Positions 51,018 to 59,451 of a stretch of 64,000 nt of DNA are shown here, in pieces (within the stretch, counting starts at the first letter, position 1; each line of letters starts with the position of its first letter). The stretch spans positions 416,001 through 480,000 of the forward strand of contig CAVQFQ010000017.1 of the NCBI GenBank assembly GCA_963711835.1, given 5' to 3'. Origin of the DNA: an uncultured delta proteobacterium (GTDB taxonomy: Bacteria; Desulfobacterota; RBG-13-43-22). The position numbers and the translations under genes are program-made. The notes beneath the pieces are model-generated. The model saw nothing but the letters and a program-made list of their open reading frames with translations. It did no database searches and had not been told where the DNA came from.

Positions 51018-52262
51018 CTATGGGTTCTTTACCCGACAAGCCAAAGGAGAAGTTCTTATCGGCAGACAGGCATTGCAGGAAATACACTCGGCTTTGTCTG
51101 GTCCCTCCCCGGATCGCCAGAGGACGGGGAGGTCCGGCTGGCGGATAAGGGGCCTGGACATTGAGACGAAATCCGCCGCCTTGGCACTCAAGACTTCTTC
51201 TATTTTACTGAACGACCGTAAACCTCCCACTAAGATGACCGCCGCATTCGTCTTTTCTTTGAGTGCTTTCGCACCCGGGAGGAAATAGGCTTCTTGATCA
51301 TAGGTTTTAATGCCGGTCCGAGATTCGGCCAAGAGCACAGGAGGCCACCCCAGTTCCTCTTTCGGGCGGGTGCAAGATTCCCACATGCCTCCGCTGGCCT
51401 CAATGGCCGCGAACCCTACCTCGCCTAAAATCTTTCCCACCTGGACCGCTTCGTTGAGGTCGGGGCCCCCAGGAAGGAAGTCAGTCGTGTTGAATTTAAT
51501 CAGAATGGGGAAACGCTCGCCGACCTTTTTTCTGGCTCGCTGGTAGATGTCCTTGACGATTCTGGTCCGATTCTCAGTGGATCCGCCATATTGATCCTCG
51601 CGCTGATTAGTCCGCGGTGACAAGAAGGAACTCAGAAGCCAGCCGTGAGCAGCATGAAGCTGAACCCCGTCGAAACCAGCCTCTTGGGCCCGCCGTGCGC
51701 CTTCGGCAAAGGCCTCGATGATTTCCTCAATTTCGTCTTGGGTCAACGCCCTCGGCGTCCGATCGAAGGTTGCGTCGTAGACCGCGGAAGGGGCGGTTGG
51801 CTCTACCTCATGGATGGCTTCCGCAGGGGGTGCCATGAGCTCAGGATGCTTTTGAATATAGGCGACCATGGCCGGCGGAAGCAGGGGGAATATTTTAGCA
51901 GTGTTTTCTCGATGAATGACCTGTCTTCCGGGATGATTCAATTGGATCATCACCCTGCAGTCCGGCGCAGCTTCCCGCACTGCCTGTGGGATTTTTTTGA
52001 GACTCTGAATAAAAGAATCGTTATCCGCTCGCATTAAGAGATGGGGCGCCAGCGCCTTGGAGTATACGCCGGCAGCGCCGGTGATTATCAGACCCACACC
52101 CCCTTTGGACAAAGTGCGATAAAGGTCCACTAAAAAATCCGATACCTCACCTTTGCTTGTGGCTGCATTCTCGTACGTGGCCGAACGGACTAAACGGTTT
52201 TTGATTTCGAGATGTCCAATGCGTGCCGGATTAAAGACTATCGAATCTTCCCTGATAGCCAT
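51018..52262 (-). CDS. NADH:flavin oxidoreductase (old yellow enzyme family)
   Basis: KNRLVRSAT, GFDGVQLHAAHGWL, N.R.D.YGGS.ENR, SRPLIRQP and CISCNAC motifs. Confidence 0.9.
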   Translation of the reverse strand: MAIREDSIVFNPARIGHLEIKNRLVRSATYENAATSKGEVSDFLVDLYRTLSKGGVGLIITGAAGVYSKALAPHLLMRADNDSFIQSLKKIPQAVREAAPDCRVMIQLNHPGRQVIHRENTAKIFPLLPPAMVAYIQKHPELMAPPAEAIHEVEPTAPSAVYDATFDRTPRALTQDEIEEIIEAFAEGARRAQEAGFDGVQLHAAHGWLLSSFLSPRTNQREDQYGGSTENRTRIVKDIYQRARKKVGERFPILIKFNTTDFLPGGPDLNEAVQVGKILGEVGFAAIEASGGMWESCTRPKEELGWPPVLLAESRTGIKTYDQEAYFLPGAKALKEKTNAAVILVGGLRSFSKIEEVLSAKAADFVSMSRPLIRQPDLPVLWRSGEGPDKAECISCNACLPIRTSPLACRVKNP

Positions 52263-52433
52263 ATCTCCTCCTTTGCAGTTATCATCTTTTGGGAAAAAGA
52301 ACTCCTTGATATCCCTTAGAAATATTTCTCGTCGACCCCAATTACCCCCTTCACCTACTACTCTTTACTAAGGGCTCTCCTCTGTTCCCGTTAACCTGTA
52401 GATAGCCATAACGGTGGGTCTTTTTAGCCATCC

Positions 52434-53219
52434 TTATGGAAGGAATATTTGTCGTACGTACAGGGGAATGACGCCGACCGCTATAAGCTGCTCAGTCCCG
52501 TCGAACAGCTTGCTCAGTTCAGGCACGGCCACACGGAATTGGTAATTTTTCACCCGGCCTATACCGGCGGGGACGCTCTTGACGATGTCCGTAGCCGTAT
52601 CTGTACGGTAGATACGGAAAAAGCTCGGCTCCGCAGATGAATATACTTTTTGTTCCGACCTAGCCCGTAAAGGGAGGGCCTGCTGGTATTGCACCCGCAG
52701 CTCAATGACCCCCCCGCGAGTATCTCGTACTTCCCAGAAGTCTTCGCCTACCCCAGATTCAAGGTTAGCCATTTTATACGTCTGCTCCCTTCGGATGGTG
52801 GCCCCGACATATTTTTTATATGGGCCCGGGACATTAGTTATGTCGGCCATGAAACCACCGATGATTACGGTGGCCATCTCACCGGTTTGCGTATGCTTTG
52901 CGGGAACTGCGAACGGCACTACCCGATTGACTCCCCCCATATCCGGCTTTCCTTGAGCATCCTGGACGAGAAACGAATCAATAAAGAGGACGAATAAGTT
53001 GGCCTCCTTGAGCGGACCTCCTGGGATCGGCGTTACCTGCCATGGAGGCGGCACCAGCTTCTGAATTTCCGCTTGCCCCACACGCAGGGCTACCATGAGT
53101 CTGGTTTCCACGGTCGATTGGACAAGGGTCTCTGCCCCCGACTGAACGGTAGACCCAAAAACCCAGGCCGAGGCCATTAAAATACCGATGAGAACCCACA
53201 TTGACTTTTTTGTGGCCAT
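52434..53219 (-). CDS. Exported hypothetical protein
   Basis: AGGAGG RBS, Sec signal peptide, 261-aa beta-rich ORF. Confidence 0.7.
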   Translation of the reverse strand: MATKKSMWVLIGILMASAWVFGSTVQSGAETLVQSTVETRLMVALRVGQAEIQKLVPPPWQVTPIPGGPLKEANLFVLFIDSFLVQDAQGKPDMGGVNRVVPFAVPAKHTQTGEMATVIIGGFMADITNVPGPYKKYVGATIRREQTYKMANLESGVGEDFWEVRDTRGGVIELRVQYQQALPLRARSEQKVYSSAEPSFFRIYRTDTATDIVKSVPAGIGRVKNYQFRVAVPELSKLFDGTEQLIAVGVIPLYVRQIFLP

Positions 53220-53440
53220 GGTCGTTTCCTCCTTTTTAGTTTTAAAAAATTAGTTGGGTTTTATAAAGAAAGAGCAATTCAAGAAAGGCAGAAAAGAAAG
53301 GCTCCGAAGAGAACCTCTTAACCGCATTGCTCCTGTTCAGGGATGGGGCTCCTTGGTCCCAAAAGGGAGGGGAGAGGGCAGGTAAGGAAACCCTCGCTGC
53401 CCCAACGATCTCCTTTAGATTTAATCCTTATGAATCCTGA

Positions 53441-54332
53441 TCAGATGAGCGTGTCTTCCTGCCAGCCGAGTTTGATAATCTCGATCCGGTTCAGATCGCT
53501 CGGGCCGAGCCGGTATTTCTTGTCGGCCACGACAATGTGAATGGGCTGGACATCCAATTCCCTGTCTTCCCCGAAAAAGGCGACCCTTTTCCTCCGCAGG
53601 AGTTCGGCCCCGACGGCATCCACGGAAACCGGATCCAACCCTACGATCAAGCCCTGATAGGGCCAGAGGTAGCGCCGGTCGATGGAATGCGGGCCTCTCC
53701 CATAAAACTGCGGGGTTAGGGCCACCAGGATGTTCAACCGGGTCTTTGCCTTTTACCAGCGGAAGGGTCCATATCTTTCCCAGATCGGCACAGGCCTCGC
53801 CGTGGTAGGCCGATGGGGAGGGGACGAACATGATGTAATTTTTGAGGCAGGTTCCGACCCCTGACCAGTGGTGGGTTCGCACCGAGCGCACATTCACCAA
53901 GGCCGTGGATTTCAGAAATATGGGGTTGTTGAGTACACCGCGATCATCCACGGCCAGGGCGGTATCAGAGATCCCGACCTCGAGGAGTCGACGGCGGATG
54001 GCCTCCTCCATTTCTACCGGGGTGGCCAGGTGACGCCAGACGTTGCTCTTGATGCCCACCACATCCGACTTTTTAAACAGCCTTTGCCAGGCCTGCAACG
54101 GTGTTTTCTCTCCGACAAGGGCCTGGACGGCCTCATCAAGCATGGTCTGAAGGATGGTGCCGTTCGGCTTGCCCTCCGGACCCAGCACCTTGGAATTACG
54201 GATAAGAACAACCCTGGCCCGGTCCTCCACACCCGCTTCGGACCGGGTCGATGCGCCGAGGCCCATAGTCATTACTAACCCGGCAGTTCCCCGTAAAAAA
54301 TCACGTCGAGTTACGACAAATCGTTTTTTCAT
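53441..54332 (-). pseudogene. Tat-exported DUF362-domain protein with one +1 frameshift (~53744; possible sequencing error)
   Basis: TRRDFL Tat motif, VGIKSN, RTHHWSGVGTCLKN and DPVSVD motifs. Confidence 0.8.
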
Positions 54333-55357
54333 AAACACTTCCCCTTCAATTTCGCTAAACTGGCTTGCACCAATTCCTCCGCATCGGACTCCGAAGGGGC
54401 ACCAAAGACAATAACCACGAGCCTTCGGTACCGTTCGGCCCGGGTCCATGAGCCGTCTTCGGCCAGGACGGAGCCGCCCTGACCGGCCTCAGGCAGATAG
54501 GCGGAGCGGAAACCTTTAAGGGCAGAACGCGCCCTGGCCTCGGTGGGATAGCTTGCCAGCAGGAGGTGGATTTTCTTCTTTTCCCTGACATATCGGGCCA
54601 GAACCGCCTGCATGTCGTTCCCCAGACGGAGTATATTTTGGTGGGAGATGAAGAAGCATCGGTTTAACAGGACATGGCTGCGAATGAAACAAATGCGATC
54701 TGCCGGAGGAAACATAGGCAGATCGGGCAGGCAGCGAAGCAGTTGCGGAAGCTCACCGGTTTCTTTTATTCCGGCCGCCATGGCCCGCCCCAGGCTAAGT
54801 ACCGCCCCTTCCATCTCCTTTCCGGTCCCCTCTCCGAGGATGGCGGCAAAAAAACGCCCTTTCCAGAAGCGTAGAAGACTGCCTCCGAATTCCGATCCCT
54901 GGCCTATCCCGGCCTCGGGATCCTGGTGCTCCAAAGAAAAGACTCCGAAGGCATCTTCGGAAGAGGCCATTTTGTAAACTTCGGCTACGATATCCGGTTG
55001 GCCGGGTTTGAGATAACGGCGAACAGACACCCGCTGGACACGGTAGGCCAGGTAAACTTCGGCTGCTCCATCGATGTATTGGAACAGGGTCTTAGGGGTG
55101 TAGGCCTTATCCTCATTGTCCCAGGTCCAGCCGGCTATCTCCGATGGCCAGGCCAGGCGGTCGGTCATTTTACCCTCCTTAGCGCATGATCCAAGGCGTG
55201 GTGCGGGCAACCAGGAAGTAAACCAGAGAAAGAGTACCCCCAGGGCGAGCACAACCTTTGCGGCTCTACGGGTTTCAGGATTCAGGCCAACCTTCTTGGG
55301 TTGTCTCATAATCATAACTAATATTTCAGCCCCATTGTGGAGGGGGAAGTTGTTCAC
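54329..55357 (-). CDS. DUF6599-like exported protein (start uncertain)
   Basis: Y.PKTLFQYIDGAAEVYL.Y, EVYKM.S..DAFGVFS and FWKG.F motifs. Confidence 0.65.
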   Translation of the reverse strand: MNNFPLHNGAEILVMIMRQPKKVGLNPETRRAAKVVLALGVLFLWFTSWLPAPRLGSCAKEGKMTDRLAWPSEIAGWTWDNEDKAYTPKTLFQYIDGAAEVYLAYRVQRVSVRRYLKPGQPDIVAEVYKMASSEDAFGVFSLEHQDPEAGIGQGSEFGGSLLRFWKGRFFAAILGEGTGKEMEGAVLSLGRAMAAGIKETGELPQLLRCLPDLPMFPPADRICFIRSHVLLNRCFFISHQNILRLGNDMQAVLARYVREKKKIHLLLASYPTEARARSALKGFRSAYLPEAGQGGSVLAEDGSWTRAERYRRLVVIVFGAPSESDAEELVQASLAKLKGKCL

Positions 55358-55439
55358 CCCATTCAGTTACTTTAACGCCATAACAAAAAATATGGGGCTT
55401 AACTAATCAAAAGGCCTTCTAATAAAAAGCGCCAGGTTG

Positions 55440-55550
55440 TTAAGGCAGGTCCGACTCATTCAAACAATGTTTGGTCGGTAGGCCGGTGTTTGGGATCCAC
55501 AGCGCCTGTTCGTCGTAATAGTCCTCGATCATGCTTTCAATATCCTCCGC
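55440..55550 (-). pseudogene. Possible remnant of an aldehyde:ferredoxin oxidoreductase C-terminus
   Basis: Translates AEDIESMIEDYYDEQALWIPNTGLPTKHCL, resembling the AOR terminal motif (M)LxxYYxxxGWDxxTGxPT; no start codon context. Confidence 0.35.
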
Positions 55551-55639
55551 TCTGAGCGGTCATAGCGGGGCGTCAGGCCGACGACCGACTTCCCGCTGCC
55601 CCTGGATGGCTCTCGGGCAAGGGCGCCTAACCGCCCGGA

Positions 55640-55876
55640 TCAAAGGTTCAACAAGGCATTGATGCGTGCCTTGTCAAACCCGATGACCACTTCGCCGTCT
55701 ACCACCAGGGCGGGTGCGGAGCGAACGCCCAAGCTGAACAGTTCATCGCGAGCCTCTTCGTCGATCATCAGATCTTTTCTCACGAATTTCACCCCTTTGC
55801 CGGTCAGATACTCTGACAGTGCGGTACAGGGGCCTCAGAAGGGTTGCGAATACACGGTGATTTGCCGCTCTCCCAT
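55640..55876 (-). CDS. Selenocysteine-containing glutaredoxin-like (NrdH/YruB-type) protein, 78 aa, U14-G-P-C17
   Basis: GAGGA RBS; MGERQITVYSQPF-TGA-GPCTALSEYLTGKGVKFVRKDLMIDEEARDELFSLGVRSAPALVVDGEVVIGFDKARINALLNL; TGA at 55835-55837; hairpin GTCAGA-GTA-TCTGAC just downstream. Confidence 0.88.
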
Positions 55877-56060
55877 ATCGTTTCCTCTTGGTTTCTTCCT
55901 TAGTGCCTCGATTCGCAAATACGGTAACGTATTTTTCTGGGCCGATTGCGATAACTGCTCCCTCAGCACTTAGTCCTGAGGGAATAAATTCGAGATCGAA
56001 TTTATGAATCGATGAACTTAGCGTTAGATCACTTCACTCACTTTAGTCACTTTCCTGGGC

Positions 56061-56951
56061 CTACTGCAATTGCTTGGCCTTCTGCTCCCGTGCCTTCCGC
56101 AGCAGTTCCTGCCGGTACGCCTCCGCATCCTCAGAAATAAAGGGCTGCTCGTCGGTCATGAATTTTTCCATCCAGGCACGGCTTTCGGACCACGCATACG
56201 GCAGATCAACGATGACCCCCGGCCTGTCGGCCTCTTCCAGCAGCTTCAACCCGGCACGCAGGACGTTGCGCTGATTTTCCGGGTCATGGGGCCGCCCCGC
56301 CGGGTTGCCCAGGGGATAGTTGAGAAAAACCTGTCGCGGGTTGCCGGCGCTGGCGGCGATATCCCGTGCGTTGGTGTAGGTGACAGTGGAGATGCCTCCC
56401 GCCTCCAGAACACGGGCAACCAGACTCACGGTCTGATGGCAGATGGGTCAGACGGGCGTCAGCAGAGCCACGTCCACGTGGTCCTCCCTGCACTGCCGGA
56501 GGATTTCCGGTCCGTCCACCTCCGTTGTCTTTCGGTGGCTGTAATTCGGTAGGGTCCGGTAGTAGTTTCTGCTCAGGCTTCCGAATACCCCTTCCCTGAG
56601 GAACTCCCGCATCCGCGTGGTGGGAAAAAAGGCGTTGACGTCGTTCATGTCCGTCTGGTAGCGGTCGTGATCTTGGCTGGTGGACAGGATGCGGGCGGCG
56701 GGCCAGTCGCTGGGCGCCGTGAATACCTCCAACTCATTGGTGCCGATCATTCGGGGCTCTTCCAATGGAAGGCCTTCCTCATTCAACAGGAGGAATGAGG
56801 CTGTGGTCACCAGCGTCACCCGGCATTTCGAGAGCGGCTTCTTCAGCCGCGTGAAGGGGATGTCCTCGTTATAAGCGTAGTTGTAGGTTTTATCGTATCC
56901 TAGACCGCGGTAGTATTCATGGGTTTTCTCGATATAGCGAATATAGTCCAT
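56061..56951 (-). CDS. GrdB/PrdB-family (glycine/betaine/sarcosine/D-proline reductase selenoprotein B-like) selenoprotein, 296 aa, U168-P-I-C
   Basis: The two ORF-track pieces are one frame joined by TGA 56448-56450: DVALLTPV-U-PICHQTVSLVARVLEAGGISTV; PF..LKKPLSKCRVTLVTTA, D.N..FP and YPLGNPAG motifs; hairpin ATCAGAC-CGTGA-GTCTGGT 10 nt after TGA. Confidence 0.88.
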
Positions 56952-57285
56952 CTTGGGCCTCCCTGGCGAACAAAGCGCCTCGTATCCCCGGCACCCGCGC
57001 ACACCGCTTGTTTGATAAGAATTTCCTTTTTGATGGAAAGAGTATAAGGAAAAAAAGGCACGGTCAAGGAGAAAAATAAGGCAAAAGGCAATAGGCCACA
57101 TGGGGTCTTCTGAAGAAAAAGGGACCTTGAATATCTGGACTTTAACAATAGAAGGGGATAAGGGAAAAAAGAAGGGCTGATTTCCAAAATTTGGATCCCG
57201 CTCCGAATTTCGTGCTTCGAATTTCGGATTTTGGATCTTAATGGCATGAATACAACCGGGTTCTTAAATTATTTCCGTTAAAATT

Positions 57286-58497
57286 TTAAAGAACCCCAAC
57301 AACGGCTTCATAGACTTCATCAACCGGAATGGCCTGGAGACACTTGTTATCTCGGCAAGGGGAATTACGGTGATTGTAGGCCGTCAAACAGGGCGAGCAG
57401 GAAAAGTTGGAATAAAAGACATGGGTTTGGGGGCTTAGGGGCCGGTATAATATGGGGGTTTCCGGACCCATGAAGACAAAGTTTCTGATGGGTGTCATGG
57501 AGGCGAAATGGGCCGGACCGCTGTCGTTGGTGATCAGCACCTGAGCGATTGAAAACAAATCCATCAGCTCGGGAAAGGTGGTTTGCCCGGCAAAATTGAG
57601 GCACCGGGGGTGGTTCACGGCCCGGCGGACCTGCTCATTGATCTCCCAGTCGGCCTTGGCCCCCATCAGAATGAGGTAATGGTCCGGGTTCTGCAAGAGG
57701 CGATCGGCCAAGGCGATGTAATTTTCCAGGGGCCAGGCCCGAATGGGGATCTCCCCGCCGCTGGGATTCAGAACCAGTATCTTTTTGTCTTCGCCGATCT
57801 CGGGATTGAACCCCTTTAGTTTTTGCCAGAGATTTTTTTTGCCCTCTTTGGAAGCCGTATAAGCAGCGGTTTCGATGTCGCCGTCCGGAACCGACCGATC
57901 CATGGTCGGAACATCTTTGGCAGGCAGCTTCAAGACCTCGACCATGGAAAGGAAGGTCTTGCTCATGTGCTGCTGAAAGTTATACTGCACCTTATGGGTA
58001 TGGAAGTTTCCGCGGTATAGCCCTTCCAGGCCATACCTGTAAAATCCCACCCGAAGCAACGCCCCGCTGAAAAAAGTCAGGATGGCGGTCACCCGGGTAA
58101 ACAATTCCAGATCAAAGACCACCTCGATTTTTTCCCGCCGCATCCTAAAAATGACCCTGACCACATCCGCTATAAAGGCGAGAAAAGATTTTTCAGAGAT
58201 AGTCAAGACCTTCTCTTCAGGTATAAGGCCCAGGATATCGACACTGGCCCGGTTTTTTTCAAAGATCAGAAAAAACAGCTCGGCTTGGGGATAGGACCTC
58301 TTCACAACCTTCATAGCCGGATAGGCCAGGATGGCGCTGCCCATTTCGGACAGTTCCAGAAAAAGGAATTTTTTGGGCGCTTTGGAAAAATTTTTAGGGG
58401 GCGAAATCAGTTTCAAGACATAATGGAGGCCGGTCAAAACCCGGCAGACCGGCACCCCGATCCAGTAATCAATCTTTCTGACCAGGTCCACCTTCAT
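57286..58497 (-). CDS. Glycosyltransferase family 9 (heptosyltransferase-like)
   Basis: LSEMGS, RAWP.E.Y, AGQTT..EL, NDSGPAH.A, MGPE and CSPC...C; ATGA overlap with the upstream gene. Confidence 0.88.
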   Translation of the reverse strand: MKVDLVRKIDYWIGVPVCRVLTGLHYVLKLISPPKNFSKAPKKFLFLELSEMGSAILAYPAMKVVKRSYPQAELFFLIFEKNRASVDILGLIPEEKVLTISEKSFLAFIADVVRVIFRMRREKIEVVFDLELFTRVTAILTFFSGALLRVGFYRYGLEGLYRGNFHTHKVQYNFQQHMSKTFLSMVEVLKLPAKDVPTMDRSVPDGDIETAAYTASKEGKKNLWQKLKGFNPEIGEDKKILVLNPSGGEIPIRAWPLENYIALADRLLQNPDHYLILMGAKADWEINEQVRRAVNHPRCLNFAGQTTFPELMDLFSIAQVLITNDSGPAHFASMTPIRNFVFMGPETPILYRPLSPQTHVFYSNFSCSPCLTAYNHRNSPCRDNKCLQAIPVDEVYEAVVGVL

Positions 58498-59441
58498 GGC
58501 CGCAACCGCCTCTGGAATAGCCGAAGGAATCCATAGCCCAGCAGGACCGCAAACCAGATTGTACAGACCCGAATCAGGATGGTGGCCGCGGCGGCCTGGG
58601 CCTTGGGAACCTGGATCAGGAGGAGCAGACCGGTCATGCTGGCTTCGGCGGCGCCGATACCTCCGGGAAGCATGCTCACTGCCCCGGCCAGGGCGGCGAA
58701 GGCGTAAATAAAGGTGGCCTTCGCCAAAGGAACGGGCCAACCCAATCCATAAAAAACCAGAGCGAAGGCCAGGCATTCAAAGAACCAGGCCAATAACCCG
58801 ATGACCGAGGCCCAGAAGAGGATCTTGAAGCCCATCAGGTCATGAAGGGTATGAAAGGCCTCAGGTATGGACCCCTTAAGTTTGCTGCCCCAGGGAATCC
58901 TTTCCAGCAGCCTCAGGCAAAACCGAAAAGTCCCTTCGGAGATAAAAGGAAGCAGGCCGGCGATCAATACAGTCGTTCCCAGCCAAAGGATTTTGGCCCC
59001 AAAGGCCAAGGAGGCGCTCCCGACCAGCACCAGCACATAGACTGCCAGGAGGTCGGTAAAGCGTTCGGCCAGCACCACCGGTGCTGACCTGGAAATAGGC
59101 ACCTCATAGCGTTCCTTGAGCAAAACCGATTTAATCAATTCGCCCATCTTTCCCGGGGTAACGGTCATCGCCAGGCCGCTCATAAAGATAGTAAAGCTCT
59201 CCCGCCGGGGCAGAGAAATCCCCACCCGATTCAGGTACAATCCCCAGCGCCAGAAGCGGCTGAGGTAGTTGAGGAAGGCCAGGGCCAGGATGGCCGGCAG
59301 GGTGACATACGAAAATCCCTCAAAAGCCCCGACCACCAAGGGCCAGTTCCCATAAAGGGAAAGGCCTAAAAACACAGCCAGGCCCAAACCTAAAAAAAGA
59401 AAGAATTTTTTTGTGAGAAACGAAAACCGGGCTTCAGCCAT
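58494..59441 (-). CDS. Lysylphosphatidylglycerol-synthase TM / AglD2-like putative flippase
   Basis: RFWRW, TPGKMGE..K, ERFTD and PGGIGAAE motifs; multi-TM. Confidence 0.85.
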   Translation of the reverse strand: MAEARFSFLTKKFFLFLGLGLAVFLGLSLYGNWPLVVGAFEGFSYVTLPAILALAFLNYLSRFWRWGLYLNRVGISLPRRESFTIFMSGLAMTVTPGKMGELIKSVLLKERYEVPISRSAPVVLAERFTDLLAVYVLVLVGSASLAFGAKILWLGTTVLIAGLLPFISEGTFRFCLRLLERIPWGSKLKGSIPEAFHTLHDLMGFKILFWASVIGLLAWFFECLAFALVFYGLGWPVPLAKATFIYAFAALAGAVSMLPGGIGAAEASMTGLLLLIQVPKAQAAAATILIRVCTIWFAVLLGYGFLRLFQRRLRP

Positions 59442-59451
59442 GAGCAGATGC

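Noticed and set aside
53280-53405. Riboswitch upstream of the exported protein at 53219
   Set aside because: Only generic hairpins and a terminator-like stem; no known aptamer consensus recognised.
55659-55973. 104-aa plus-strand ORF in the ORF track
   Set aside because: Antisense shadow of the Sec-glutaredoxin; no recognisable motifs.
56955-57020. SAM-I riboswitch upstream of the GrdB-like gene (starts TCTTATCAA on the minus strand)
   Set aside because: Lacks GAGGGA, GCAACC, GTGC..ATTCC and the closing GATAAG elements.
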